Below are positions 9,454-20,203 of a stretch of 64,000 nucleotides of DNA, in pieces. This DNA comes from Nitrospirota bacterium (lineage in GTDB: Bacteria; Nitrospirota; UBA9217), in contig DASPSR010000062.1 of NCBI GenBank assembly GCA_035623825.1, forward strand, positions 64,001 through 128,000, read 5' to 3'. Below the pieces are notes generated by a model that was not told the origin of the DNA, did not search any database, and saw nothing but the letters and a program-made list of their open reading frames with translations. Position 1 is the stretch's first letter; each line of letters opens with the position of its first letter. A program made the position numbers and the translations under genes.

Positions 9454-9978
9454 ATGAACCTTCCGAACTATATCACTCTCTTCAGGGTGATCCTGATCCC
9501 ATTCTTCATAAACCTGATGATTTACGGTTACTACCGGACGGCGCTTGCGGTCTTCGTGGCTGCGTGCGTGACTGATGCGCTCGACGGGATGATAGCGAGG
9601 CTCACAAAGACGCAAACCGAGTTGGGCGCTTTTCTTGACCCGATGGCGGATAAATTGCTTATCCTCTCCGCGTTTGTGACCCTTGTGTTGCTCGGAAGAC
9701 TGCCAGTATGGCTGGTTATCATTGTTGTGAGCAGGGATGCCATCCTTACGATGGGAAGTCTCGTTATTTATTTTACTACCCGCGATCTCAGGATTGAGCC
9801 TTCCATCATTGGTAAGGCCACGACGGTTTTGCAGCTGATCGTTGTGACGCTTTCCCTTGTGCTGATGAGCTACGAGGCTGAAATAGGGTTTATGGCCGTA
9901 TTGCAGTGGGCCACGGCCGTGGTAACCATCGCATCGGGAGCCCAGTACGCTGTGCGGGGAATAAAAATGGTAGGGTAG
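9454..9978 (+). CDS. pgsA: CDP-alcohol phosphatidyltransferase
   Basis: NLPNYIT..R, DALDGMIAR...LGAFLDPMADK. Confidence 0.9.
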   Translation: MNLPNYITLFRVILIPFFINLMIYGYYRTALAVFVAACVTDALDGMIARLTKTQTELGAFLDPMADKLLILSAFVTLVLLGRLPVWLVIIVVSRDAILTMGSLVIYFTTRDLRIEPSIIGKATTVLQLIVVTLSLVLMSYEAEIGFMAVLQWATAVVTIASGAQYAVRGIKMVG

Positions 9979-10062
9979 GGTCATCGAGGATTTGCGATGG
10001 TCAGGAATTAAATTAAAAGGGCGGGTTCGATATGTCAAGCGGCGAGATTATCATAGATACCG

Positions 10063-10512
10063 ATGGAGGCGAGGTCCATGAAAATATCCGACATGATCAG
10101 GCAGGCTCTCGAAAAGAAGGGGTTTAAAAATCTGAAGGATGCATCGAAAGTGCTCGGGATAAGCCCGGAACTGCTGCGGGTTACGATTAATAAGGGTCAT
10201 ATACCCAAGGACAAAACCCTCATCATGATCGCGACCAAACTGAACCTGGACAAATCCGTCCTGATTCTTGCCGCTCATCAGGAAAAGGTACCTGCCGAAG
10301 TGAAGGGATTCTTCCTTTCGCCTTCGCAGGCAAAATTCCGTCGTGGAAAACGCAGGTATCCGCTGTCCGAGGAACAGATCAATTACCTCGAGAAGATCAT
10401 GAGCGCCGATGAAATCCTGATGCTGAGAAAATTCCGGCAAGTCACGGACGAGGCAAGAACGCAGATACAGGGGTATGTGGATTATATGTTTGCCTCAAAG
10501 AGGAGTATCTGA
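10063..10512 (+). CDS. XRE-like helix-turn-helix protein
   Basis: LKDASKVLGISPELL HTH; start may be 10078. Confidence 0.7.
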   Translation: MEARSMKISDMIRQALEKKGFKNLKDASKVLGISPELLRVTINKGHIPKDKTLIMIATKLNLDKSVLILAAHQEKVPAEVKGFFLSPSQAKFRRGKRRYPLSEEQINYLEKIMSADEILMLRKFRQVTDEARTQIQGYVDYMFASKRSI

Positions 10513-11811
10513 TTGCTTGAAATCATGAACGTCCTGCCAGGAAGCACGGCCGCCCTGCTGGGACTGCAAACCGGCGACGCCATCGTCTCAATCAACGGGG
10601 AGGAGATACATGATATCATCGATTTTCAATTTTCTGCGGCCGATGAAAGCCTCAGTCTGGTGGTTCGGAAACAGGATGGCACAACGAAGCGGCTGAGCGT
10701 GGATAAAGAGCCGGATGACACTCTCGGTCTTGAGCTGTCTCCGCTCCGCATCAAGCGATGCCGTAACAAATGCATATTCTGTTTCGTCGATCAGATGCCC
10801 CCCGGGTGCCGGAAGAGCCTGTATATCAAGGACGATGATTTTCGAGCGTCATTTTTATACGGGAACTATATAACGCTCGGCGCGCTTTCAGAGGTTGACT
10901 GGGCAAGGATATTCAAACAACGGCTGAGCCCGCTTTACATATCAGTTCATGCCACCGAGCCGGATCTGCGCGCATTCATTCTGAATAAGAGAAAATCACC
11001 CGATCTCATCTCGAGCTTGAAGCGACTCGCTGCAGGCGGCATACGGATGCACACCCAGGTCGTGTTGTCGCCCGGGATCAATGACGGGCCTCACCTGCTC
11101 AGGACGGTAACGGACCTGGCAGGTCTTTTCCCGGCGGTTTCTTCAATAGCGGTGGTCCCCGTGGGGCTGACCACCTTCAGAAAAGGACTGTTTCCGCTCA
11201 GGCAGTTTACCAGGAGCGAGGCACGTTCCGTGATCGAGGAAATGAAACGTCTCGGAGCGCGTTACAAAAAACAGTTTGGCACACGGCTCGTATTTGCTTC
11301 GGATGAATTCTATATAAAAGCCGGGGAACCGGTTCCTCCGGCAAGTTTTTATGAAGACTTCCCGCAGAAGGAGAACGGCGTTGGCATGGTTGCCGAATTT
11401 TTGCACGAGTTCTCTCATACAAAGGTGCCTGCGAGACTCCATGCGGTCAGGGCGACGCTGGTTACGGGGGTGTCCTTCAGCAGCGTCTTGAAAACGATAG
11501 CTGACCGGCTAACCAGAATTGAAGGTGTGTCGCTCAGGCAGGTAACGGTGAAAAACCGCTTCTTCGGCCCGACCGTCACCGTAGCGGGATTGCTGACCGG
11601 CGGTGATATCCTTCATGCGCTCAAGGGCAAACGGCTCGGGGACATGGTGCTGATACCGGAGTCCGCGCTGAAAGAGGATGACGATGTCTTCCTCGACGGG
11701 ATGCGCCTCGATCACCTGAGAGAAATGCTGATGGTCAATATCCACAAGGCGGGGACTTTCGGCGAGATACTCGCGCGGCTGGGCGCTTATCACGGGGAGG
11801 CGCTGACATGA
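10513..11811 (+). CDS. PDZ + radical-SAM-like DUF512 protein
   Basis: N-terminal PDZ, CRNKCIFCFVDQ, KDDDFR, ENGVGM. Confidence 0.9.
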   Translation: MLEIMNVLPGSTAALLGLQTGDAIVSINGEEIHDIIDFQFSAADESLSLVVRKQDGTTKRLSVDKEPDDTLGLELSPLRIKRCRNKCIFCFVDQMPPGCRKSLYIKDDDFRASFLYGNYITLGALSEVDWARIFKQRLSPLYISVHATEPDLRAFILNKRKSPDLISSLKRLAAGGIRMHTQVVLSPGINDGPHLLRTVTDLAGLFPAVSSIAVVPVGLTTFRKGLFPLRQFTRSEARSVIEEMKRLGARYKKQFGTRLVFASDEFYIKAGEPVPPASFYEDFPQKENGVGMVAEFLHEFSHTKVPARLHAVRATLVTGVSFSSVLKTIADRLTRIEGVSLRQVTVKNRFFGPTVTVAGLLTGGDILHALKGKRLGDMVLIPESALKEDDDVFLDGMRLDHLREMLMVNIHKAGTFGEILARLGAYHGEALT

Positions 11812-12665
11812 TTTCCGGCAGGACCGAGATATACGGGATCTTCGGCTATCCCGTGGAGCACACCTTTTCACCGGGAATGCATAACGCTGCATTCAAGAGG
11901 CTCGGCATGGATGCCTGCTATGTGCCGTTCGCGGTGCACCCCGATCGATTAGGCGAGGCGGCAAGGGCCATCCTCCCGCTCGGTCTTCGCGGTCTCAATA
12001 TTACGGTGCCGCACAAGGAAAAAATAATTCAATATCTTGACGAACTCTCGGAAGAAGCGCGGTTGATCGGCGCAGTGAATACCGTCGAGATACGGCAGGG
12101 TAGGCTTGTCGGACACAACACCGATGGACGGGGCTTTCTTCGGTCTTTAAAAGAGAACTCAGGATTCAATCCGAAGGGCAAAAAAATTCTGTTCATCGGC
12201 TCTGGCGGAGCCGCACGCGCCGTGGGGTTCTGTCTCGCGCTCGCAGGCGCCGCCAAGATCTACGTTCGTGATCTTGATACCCGCAAAGCCGATCTTCTCG
12301 TGAGCGACATCCGTGCGAAAACAGGCGCCGACACGGCGTCAATCCATGATGACGAATCTCTCGCCGCATACGCTGCTGAAGCTGATTGCCTGATCAACGC
12401 CACGCCGCTTGGCTTGAAGCGGTCCGATCCGTTGCCTATCCCTCGCGATCTTGTCATGAAAAAGCATCTTGTCTGCGACCTGGTCTATAATCCGCCCGAG
12501 ACCGCGTTCCTCCGGACCGCGAAGTCGCGTGGAGCGAAGCGTCTCGCCGGCCTCGGCATGCTGTTGTATCAGGGAGTAATCGCCTTTGAAATCTGGACAG
12601 GGAAAGAGGCTCCTGTCAAGATCATGAAGAACGCTCTTTCCCGTCAGATCGTTGGTGCCAAATAA
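11808..12665 (+). CDS. aroE: Shikimate dehydrogenase
   Basis: SPGMHN, NITVPHK, GAVNT, NTDG, GSGGAARA. Confidence 0.95.
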   Translation: MISGRTEIYGIFGYPVEHTFSPGMHNAAFKRLGMDACYVPFAVHPDRLGEAARAILPLGLRGLNITVPHKEKIIQYLDELSEEARLIGAVNTVEIRQGRLVGHNTDGRGFLRSLKENSGFNPKGKKILFIGSGGAARAVGFCLALAGAAKIYVRDLDTRKADLLVSDIRAKTGADTASIHDDESLAAYAAEADCLINATPLGLKRSDPLPIPRDLVMKKHLVCDLVYNPPETAFLRTAKSRGAKRLAGLGMLLYQGVIAFEIWTGKEAPVKIMKNALSRQIVGAK

Positions 12666-12691
12666 CGTTTAAGAAACAAACACATACCGCC

Positions 12692-12720
12692 TTGACAGGC
12701 GAAGTTCGTTCCTGTAATAT
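12692..12720 (+). promoter_or_regulatory. Sigma70 promoter for the pil operon
   Basis: TTGACA-17-TAATAT. Confidence 0.65.
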
Positions 12721-12812
12721 CCTTATTTAATGATTAAAGGTTTTCTCTCTCTCAACCGATATGATGGTAGTGAAATCTATGGCTTGAATGCGATTTTTTG
12801 CGAGGAGTTCTT

Positions 12813-14657
12813 ATGGCAATGGCGGGAAGGCTCGGCGCTATGCTCGTTTCGTCGGGCTTGATCACTGATGAGCAATTGAAGAAGGCACTTGCTGCGCAGA
12901 AGTCCGAGGGCGGCAGGCTGGGTTCCGTCCTTGTGAAGCTCGGCTTCGTCCAGGAAGACAAGCTTATGACGTTTCTGAGCAAGCAATACGGCGTCCCGTA
13001 CGTCGACCTGAGCAAGTTCGAGATCAACCCCCTCGTCATTAAACATATTCCCACCGATGTCGCACAGAAATACCGGATCATGCCGATAAACCGTGCCGGG
13101 TCCACGATTACGATAGCCATGGTTGACCCGTCGAACATTTTCGCTATCGATGATATCAAGTTCATGACGGGATACAACGTTGAAGCAGTCGTGGCCGCCG
13201 AGGGTGCTATTGTAGAGTCTATCAAGAAGTATTACGGAGGCGGATCCAAATCGATGGTTGCGTCCAAGGGCGGTGGGATCGCGACAACCACGCAAGACGA
13301 TAAAAAACTTTCTGTGGACATCAAGGATTATTCGCTCGAAGACGCCGAAAAGGAAGACTCCTTTGTCGATGATATTGATACGGGTGGCGTCGTTGACGTC
13401 GAGGACTTCGACAACCTAGTGCACGGCGCGGTGGAGGATCTCGAGGTTGTTGAAGAGGAGAGCCTTGACCAGCTCTCCGCCGAGGTTGAAGCGCCGATCG
13501 TCAAACTGGTGAACGGCATCCTGCTGAGAGCGGCGAAGATGGGAGTGAGCGATATCCATATCGAACCGTACGAAAGGAAGTTCAGAGTGCGGTACCGGCT
13601 TGACGGTGTGCTCACCACGGTCATGGGTCTTCCACTGAAAATCAAGAACGCCATCATATCCAGGGTTAAGATCATGTCGCAGCTTGACATCGCCGAGCGA
13701 AGGCTTCCCCAGGACGGCAGGATCAAGCTGAAGATGGGGAAGAGCAAGACGATGGATTACCGCGTTTCGGTGCTCCCGACCCTCTTTGGCGAGAAGATCG
13801 TCCTGCGGCTCCTGGACAAGTCTAACCTGCAGCTCGATATGACCAAACTCGGCTTCGATGAGGATCAGCTCGTGGACTTTCAAGACGCGCTTGCCAAACC
13901 GTTCGGCATGGTCCTGGTTACGGGGCCCACGGGAAGCGGAAAGACGACCACCCTCTACTCTGCGCTGAGCGAACTCAACAAGGATGATGTAAACCTCATG
14001 ACCGCAGAAGATCCAGTGGAATTTAACCTGATGGGAATCAACCAGGTGCAGATGAAGGACGAGATCGGGCTGAACTTTGCCGCAGCTCTCCGATCGTTCC
14101 TCCGTCAGGACCCGGACATCATCATGGTGGGAGAGATCCGCGATTATGAGACGGCCGAAATAGGCGTCAAGGCCGCGCTCACCGGCCATCTTGTGCTCTC
14201 CACGCTGCATACAAACGATGCGCCGAGTACCATCAACCGTCTGCTCAACATGGGCGTCGAACCGTTCCTCGTTTCATCATCGGTGATCTGCATCATGGCC
14301 CAGAGGCTTGTGCGCAAAACCTGCCAGAAATGCAAGACGCCCGAGAAAATTCCTGCTCAGACATTCATCGATGCGGGCTTTACCCCTGAGGAAGCCGCCA
14401 CGGTCGTCAGTCATAAGGGCGAGGGGTGCGAAGTCTGCAATCGTACCGGGTACAAGGGCAGGGTTGCGCTGTATGAGGTGTTGCCGGTGAAAGACGAGAT
14501 CAAGGAGTTGATCCTCCAGGGGGCCTCGGTGATGGATATTAAAAAGCAGGCCGTAAGTCTCGGAATGAAGACCCTCCGGAGGAGCGGCCTGCTGAAAGTA
14601 AAGTCGGGCCTCACCTCATTGGAAGAAGTGCTGGAAAATACGTTCCCCGACTCATAA
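12813..14657 (+). CDS. pilB: Type IV pilus extension ATPase with N-terminal MshEN-like motif
   Basis: RLGAMLVSSGLIT...RLG; GPTGSGKTTT; EIRD; CQKC/CEVC zinc motifs. Confidence 0.96.
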   Translation: MAMAGRLGAMLVSSGLITDEQLKKALAAQKSEGGRLGSVLVKLGFVQEDKLMTFLSKQYGVPYVDLSKFEINPLVIKHIPTDVAQKYRIMPINRAGSTITIAMVDPSNIFAIDDIKFMTGYNVEAVVAAEGAIVESIKKYYGGGSKSMVASKGGGIATTTQDDKKLSVDIKDYSLEDAEKEDSFVDDIDTGGVVDVEDFDNLVHGAVEDLEVVEEESLDQLSAEVEAPIVKLVNGILLRAAKMGVSDIHIEPYERKFRVRYRLDGVLTTVMGLPLKIKNAIISRVKIMSQLDIAERRLPQDGRIKLKMGKSKTMDYRVSVLPTLFGEKIVLRLLDKSNLQLDMTKLGFDEDQLVDFQDALAKPFGMVLVTGPTGSGKTTTLYSALSELNKDDVNLMTAEDPVEFNLMGINQVQMKDEIGLNFAAALRSFLRQDPDIIMVGEIRDYETAEIGVKAALTGHLVLSTLHTNDAPSTINRLLNMGVEPFLVSSSVICIMAQRLVRKTCQKCKTPEKIPAQTFIDAGFTPEEAATVVSHKGEGCEVCNRTGYKGRVALYEVLPVKDEIKELILQGASVMDIKKQAVSLGMKTLRRSGLLKVKSGLTSLEEVLENTFPDS

Positions 14658-14711
14658 ACGCTCTTACGGGCAACGATAGAATGCAATAATTATTTTGAAA
14701 GGGCTCTCTAC

Positions 14712-15815
14712 ATGGCTAACCTACATGATCTGCTCAAATACATGATTGAGAAGGGGGCATCGGATCTCCATATAACGACGGGGATTTCACCATCGATCCG
14801 CATTGACGGTAAGATCAAGGCGATTCCGGGACTGGAAGCTCTCACGGCGATGCAAACCAAGGATCTCTGTTACAGCATCCTGACAGATGCGCAAAAGCAC
14901 AAGTTCGAGGAGAACAGCGAACTCGACCTGTCATTCGGGGTAAAGAACCTTTCCCGCTTCCGCGCAAACATTTTCGTGCAGCGGGGAGCCGTGGCCGCGG
15001 CGATCAGAACCATTCCCTTCAAGATAAAAACCTTCCAGGAACTTGGCCTTCCTGAAGTGGTGTCCGACCTGTGCAAAAAACCGAGAGGACTCGTACTGGT
15101 TACCGGCCCAACCGGGAGCGGGAAGTCCACGACGCTGGCATCAATGATCAACAAGATCAACGACGAACGTCAGGAGCATATCATCACGATCGAGGACCCC
15201 ATCGAATACCTGCACCCGCACAGAAAATGCATTGTCAACCAGCGCGAGGTGAACGCTGACACCAGGTCTTTCAAGGACGCACTCAAATATATTCTCCGCC
15301 AGGACCCTGACGTCGTGCTCGTGGGAGAAATGAGGGACCTTGAGACGATCGAAGCAGCTCTCACCATCGCGGAAACTGGGCACCTTACCTTTGCCACGCT
15401 CCACACGAACTCCGCCGCACAGACGATGAACCGTATCATCGACGTTTTCCCGCCTCACCAGCAGTCCCAGGTGAGAGCGCAGCTCTCCTTCGTCCTCGAA
15501 GGTGTCATGTCTCAGCAGCTTATCCCCAAGATTGGCGGAGGCAGGGTGCTTGCGCTTGAGGTCATGATACCGAATTCCGCTATCCGCAATCTCATACGCG
15601 AAGATAAAATTCATCAGATTTATTCGATCATGCAGACCGGCCAGTCCAAGTTCGGCATGCAGACCTTGAACCAGTGCCTGTACGACCTCTACGTTAAAAA
15701 ACAGATAACGTACGAGGACTGCGTCGGGAGGTCGTCAAACGTCGATGAACTCATCCAGATGCTCGGCAGATCTGGCCTGGCCACTGCGCAAGCGGCCCAG
15801 AAAGAGTATCGATGA
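14712..15815 (+). CDS. pilT: Type IV pilus retraction ATPase
   Basis: GPTGSGKST; AIRNLIRE. Confidence 0.97.
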   Translation: MANLHDLLKYMIEKGASDLHITTGISPSIRIDGKIKAIPGLEALTAMQTKDLCYSILTDAQKHKFEENSELDLSFGVKNLSRFRANIFVQRGAVAAAIRTIPFKIKTFQELGLPEVVSDLCKKPRGLVLVTGPTGSGKSTTLASMINKINDERQEHIITIEDPIEYLHPHRKCIVNQREVNADTRSFKDALKYILRQDPDVVLVGEMRDLETIEAALTIAETGHLTFATLHTNSAAQTMNRIIDVFPPHQQSQVRAQLSFVLEGVMSQQLIPKIGGGRVLALEVMIPNSAIRNLIREDKIHQIYSIMQTGQSKFGMQTLNQCLYDLYVKKQITYEDCVGRSSNVDELIQMLGRSGLATAQAAQKEYR

Positions 15816-15851
15816 GATGTGCTCATTTTATAGCTTTCTTGTGAGGTGAAC

Positions 15852-17066
15852 ATGGCAACGGTTTTTACATGGGAAGGCAAAACGCGCCAGGGGATGATCC
15901 AGAAGGGCGAGTTGGCCGCCGGCAGCAGGGAGGAAGTTTTTGCACTGCTTCGCAAGCAGAATATCCTTCCGGTCAACGTATCTGCCAAGCCCAGGGAAAT
16001 CAAACTGAAATTCGGCGCGCCGAAGGTCCAGGACAAGGACAGGGTGATCCTTACCCGTCAGCTGGCTACGATGATCGATGCGGGCCTGCCGCTCGTCCAG
16101 TGTCTTGACATCCTTGGGAGTCAGACGGAGAACCAGACCCTTGCGAAGGTCGTCACGCAGGTAAGAAGTGACGTTGAGAGCGGATCCACGTTCGCCGACG
16201 CGCTGAAAAAGCATCCGAAGGTATTCGACAACCTCTATGTAAACATGGTAGCGGCCGGTGAGGCGGGCGGCATTCTGGATACCATCCTCCAGCGTCTCGC
16301 TGCATATATGGAAAAGTTCGCAAAGATAAAAAAGCAGATAAAGTCGGCCATGATCTACCCCTCGGTCATTCTTTTCGTTGCGGTGACCGTGGTGGCGATC
16401 CTTATGGTCGTCGTGGTGCCCATGCTTGGAGCCATGTTTGCAGAATCGGGTCAGGCTCTGCCTTTGCCTACGCGCATTGTGATCGCGATCAGTAATTTTC
16501 TCAAAGGAGCGGGCGGGCTGATCCTTCTTCTGAGCATCATCGGTTTGTCCGTCGCGTTCGTGCAATGGAGGAGAACGGAAAAGGGGGTACGAACGACCGA
16601 CGCTGTCATGCTCAAGATACCGGTGATGGGCAATTTGATACGAAAGGTTTCTGTCGCGAAATTCACCCGTACGCTCGGTACGCTGCTTTCAAGCGGGGTG
16701 CCCATCCTTGAAGGATTAGTGATCGTTGCGCGCACGGCCGGCAACAAGGTCGTGGAAGAAGCCATTATGTCAACCAGGCAGAGCGTGAGCGAAGGAAAGA
16801 CGCTTGCCGAGCCGCTCGGCAAATTCGCCGTGTTCCCCCCCATGGTCAACCAGATGATAGCGGTCGGCGAGGCAACGGGCGCTCTTGATAATATGCTATC
16901 CAAGATCGCGGATTTTTACGATGATGAAGTCGACAGTGCCGTGGGGACCCTGACCTCGATGCTGGAACCCATGCTCATGATTTTCCTTGGCACGACAGTC
17001 GGCTTTGTGATCGTTGCCATGTACATGCCCATATTCCAGATGGGCTCTGTCGTGGGCGGGCACTAA
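15852..17066 (+). CDS. pilC: Type IV pilus inner membrane platform protein
   Basis: Two T2SSF repeats, TRQLATMIDAGLPL. Confidence 0.95.
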   Translation: MATVFTWEGKTRQGMIQKGELAAGSREEVFALLRKQNILPVNVSAKPREIKLKFGAPKVQDKDRVILTRQLATMIDAGLPLVQCLDILGSQTENQTLAKVVTQVRSDVESGSTFADALKKHPKVFDNLYVNMVAAGEAGGILDTILQRLAAYMEKFAKIKKQIKSAMIYPSVILFVAVTVVAILMVVVVPMLGAMFAESGQALPLPTRIVIAISNFLKGAGGLILLLSIIGLSVAFVQWRRTEKGVRTTDAVMLKIPVMGNLIRKVSVAKFTRTLGTLLSSGVPILEGLVIVARTAGNKVVEEAIMSTRQSVSEGKTLAEPLGKFAVFPPMVNQMIAVGEATGALDNMLSKIADFYDDEVDSAVGTLTSMLEPMLMIFLGTTVGFVIVAMYMPIFQMGSVVGGH

Positions 17067-17073
17067 TAAACCC

Positions 17074-18768
17074 GTGGCTCAGGAATTCTCAAGAGAGGAG
17101 TATTATGGCCGCTTAAAGTGGCTGATGGTGAGCAGGGTCATCCTGCTCACCTTTCTGCTCGGGACACTCCTGTTCTTTCAATATGGGTACAGGATTTATT
17201 CTTTTCCGACCGTTCATCTCGGCTATATCTTGCTATCGATCTATGCGTTGACGTGTATCTATTGGTACCTGCTCAAGAAGTCTCGTAATCTTTCTTTTCT
17301 CGCCTACCTTCAAGTTTCCGGAGATATTCTCCTCATCACGTTACTTGTCTATATTACCGGAGGGATCGACAGCGGGTTCTCGCTCCTGTATCATTTGACG
17401 ATAATTTCGGCAAGCATCATACTCTACCGTCGAGGCGGGTACCTTTCGGCCTCCCTATCGAGTATCCTGTACGGCTGCCTGCTCGATATGCAGTATTACG
17501 ATGCCCTTGGCCTTGTCCGGAGCCCGAACTTTACCGCAATGCAGGTCCTGTATCAGGTTTTCATCAATATCCTTTCTTTTTATACGGTTGCCTTCTTGAG
17601 CGGTTACCTGTCCGATCGGCTCAGGAAAACCAGCCAGGAGCTCCGGGCAAAAAGCATGGATTATGAGGATCTGAGGACCATGCAGGATCATATCTTGAAA
17701 AGCGTGAGGAGCGGAATCCTCACGACGGACCTCGAGGGGCAAATGACGTCCTGCAACCCGGCAGCGGAGAGTATAACCGGATTCAGCTACATGGAGCTCA
17801 AGTCAATCTGGCATGATATCTTTGGCGACAGCATCAAGGGGCTTTTCGGCCATACCGACGATTTAAAGGAGCGTCCATACCGCTTTGACGGACGGATAGT
17901 GAAAAAAAACGGGGACATGGCTATACTTGGTATCTCCGCTTCCCTGCTCAGGGACGACAAGAACGACATTCGCGGTATCATCCTGGTCTTTCAGGACATT
18001 ACCAAGCTGGTCGAAATGGAGGAAAAGATAAGGAGACAGGAACAGCTTGCCATGGTCGGCAGTCTCGCAGCTGGCATAGCTCATGAAATACGGAACCCTC
18101 TCGCCTCGTTGAGCGGTTCGATCCAGGTACTTCAAGGTGAACTTCACCTCGAAGGGGATGATAAGCATCTCATGGATATTGTTGTCCGCGAAACGGACCG
18201 TCTCAACACGATTATCACGGAGTTCCTCGACTACGCGAGACCCCAAACAATTCAGGCAGAACGGATCATTGTTTCATCCATTCTTGATGAGACCATCCTG
18301 CTTTTGAAAAACAGCCGTGATTTCAGGGAGGGGATCACGATACGGGTCGATGCGGATCCGCATGTTGCCATCAGGGGTGATGCCCAGCGAATGCGCCAGG
18401 TGTTCTGGAACCTCCTGATAAATTCATGCCAGGCGATACCGGACAGAGGTGAGATAACGGTGAGTACGCTGCCATTGTCGTACGGCGGTGGCGACGCCGC
18501 ATGGTGTGAAATCATCATACAGGACACGGGTTGCGGGATATCCCCTGAATACCTTGATAAGATATTCGACCCCTTTTTCACGACCAAAACAAGCGGCACG
18601 GGGCTTGGACTGGCGATCGTAAACCGGATCATCGAGGATCATGGAGGCGTCATTGATGTGGAGAGCGGAACCGGAAGAGGAACGAAATTCCGCATCAGAC
18701 TACCTGTGCTGGAAGAAGCTGTTTCTTCGGTAGCGAGGAACGATCATATCATGACCCAGGATAGTTGA
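17074..18768 (+). CDS. pilS: Sensor histidine kinase PilS
   Basis: N-terminal TM helices, PAS, AHEIRNPL H-box, G boxes; GTG start at 17074; synteny. Confidence 0.9.
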   Translation: MAQEFSREEYYGRLKWLMVSRVILLTFLLGTLLFFQYGYRIYSFPTVHLGYILLSIYALTCIYWYLLKKSRNLSFLAYLQVSGDILLITLLVYITGGIDSGFSLLYHLTIISASIILYRRGGYLSASLSSILYGCLLDMQYYDALGLVRSPNFTAMQVLYQVFINILSFYTVAFLSGYLSDRLRKTSQELRAKSMDYEDLRTMQDHILKSVRSGILTTDLEGQMTSCNPAAESITGFSYMELKSIWHDIFGDSIKGLFGHTDDLKERPYRFDGRIVKKNGDMAILGISASLLRDDKNDIRGIILVFQDITKLVEMEEKIRRQEQLAMVGSLAAGIAHEIRNPLASLSGSIQVLQGELHLEGDDKHLMDIVVRETDRLNTIITEFLDYARPQTIQAERIIVSSILDETILLLKNSRDFREGITIRVDADPHVAIRGDAQRMRQVFWNLLINSCQAIPDRGEITVSTLPLSYGGGDAAWCEIIIQDTGCGISPEYLDKIFDPFFTTKTSGTGLGLAIVNRIIEDHGGVIDVESGTGRGTKFRIRLPVLEEAVSSVARNDHIMTQDS

Positions 18769-18782
18769 CGGGACAAAGGGAC

Positions 18783-20147
18783 ATGAGCAGAATACTTGTT
18801 GTTGATGATGAGCTGAGCATGCGGGATTTCCTCTCGATCATGCTGAAAAAGGAAGGCCATGAAGTGGTCGCGGCCGAAAACGGCGGCAGTGCGCTCAAAG
18901 TGATCCAGAGCGAGATCTTCGACCTCCTGATCACCGATATCAAGATGCCCGGCGTGGACGGGATGGAAGTCCTAAAAACGGTCAAGGAGGTGTCTCCTGA
19001 AACGGTGGTCATCATGATCACTGCCTTTGCGACTACCGGAACGGCAGTCGAGGCCATGAAGCTCGGGGCCTATGACTATATCACCAAGCCCTTCAAGGTT
19101 GATGAAATCAGGCTGGTCATACAGAAAGCCCTCGAAAAACGCCATCTGAGAAAGGAAAACATTCTTCTTCGAAGAGAGATCGCGTCCCGCGCAGGTTTCT
19201 CAAACTTTATCGGAACGAGCGCCGCGATGCAGAGGGTCTTCTCGCTCATACGGCAGGTCGCGGACACCAAGAGCACCGTGCTCATAACGGGAGAGAGTGG
19301 AACTGGCAAAGAGCTCGTAGCCAAGGCAATTCACTTCAACAGTTCACGTAACGGCGGCCCCTTCGTGACCGTCAATTGCGGAGCCCTGCCCGAGACACTT
19401 CTTGAGAGCGAGCTCTTCGGCTACATGAAGGGTGCGTTTACCGGCGCGACCTCGAACAAACAGGGGCTGTTCGAAGCGGCAAACGGAGGAACCATTTTCC
19501 TCGACGAAATCAGTGCTACGACACCCGCGCTGCAGATCAAGTTGCTGAGAGTGCTGCAGGAGCGCGAGTTCATGAGAGTTGGGGGAACTGTCGACATCAA
19601 GATGGATGCCCGCGTGCTGGCAGCGAGTAATAGGGATCTCCTGACCGAGGTTTCAAAAGGCACGTTCCGTGAGGACCTCTACTATCGTCTGAATGTCATC
19701 CCGATCAGTCTCCCGGCCCTCCGGGACAGAAGGGAGGATATACCGCTCCTCGTCGAATTTTTCTTGAAGAAGTTCTCAGGCGGAAAGGAGCCTAAGAAGA
19801 TCACCCCTGAGGCGATAAACTTGCTGATGAACCATCGGTGGCCGGGAAATGTGCGGGAGCTGGAAAATACCATCGAACGATTGGTGATCCTGGCGGACGG
19901 GGACAGAATCGGCCACGAGCATATACCGGAGAATTTTAAAGGCGTACGGTCGTATCCGGAACTCGTAACGACGGATATTCCGGATGAAGGCCTTGAGCTG
20001 GAAAAACTCCTCGAAAACATTGAAAAAAACCTGCTGTTCAAAGCGCTTGAAAAGACCGGGGGAGTGAAGACCGAAGCGGCAAAACTCCTCGGCCTTTCAT
20101 TCAGATCATTCAGGCACAGAATGCAAAAATACGAATCCTCCACGTAG
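18783..20147 (+). CDS. pilR: Sigma54-dependent response regulator PilR
   Basis: REC, GESGTGKE, GAFTGA, Fis HTH (LSFRSFRHR). Confidence 0.92.
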   Translation: MSRILVVDDELSMRDFLSIMLKKEGHEVVAAENGGSALKVIQSEIFDLLITDIKMPGVDGMEVLKTVKEVSPETVVIMITAFATTGTAVEAMKLGAYDYITKPFKVDEIRLVIQKALEKRHLRKENILLRREIASRAGFSNFIGTSAAMQRVFSLIRQVADTKSTVLITGESGTGKELVAKAIHFNSSRNGGPFVTVNCGALPETLLESELFGYMKGAFTGATSNKQGLFEAANGGTIFLDEISATTPALQIKLLRVLQEREFMRVGGTVDIKMDARVLAASNRDLLTEVSKGTFREDLYYRLNVIPISLPALRDRREDIPLLVEFFLKKFSGGKEPKKITPEAINLLMNHRWPGNVRELENTIERLVILADGDRIGHEHIPENFKGVRSYPELVTTDIPDEGLELEKLLENIEKNLLFKALEKTGGVKTEAAKLLGLSFRSFRHRMQKYESST

Positions 20148-20203
20148 CAATGCCCTAGTTTTCGATTGCAAATCTTGTGTAATTCCGCTACAATTTATCC
20201 CTT

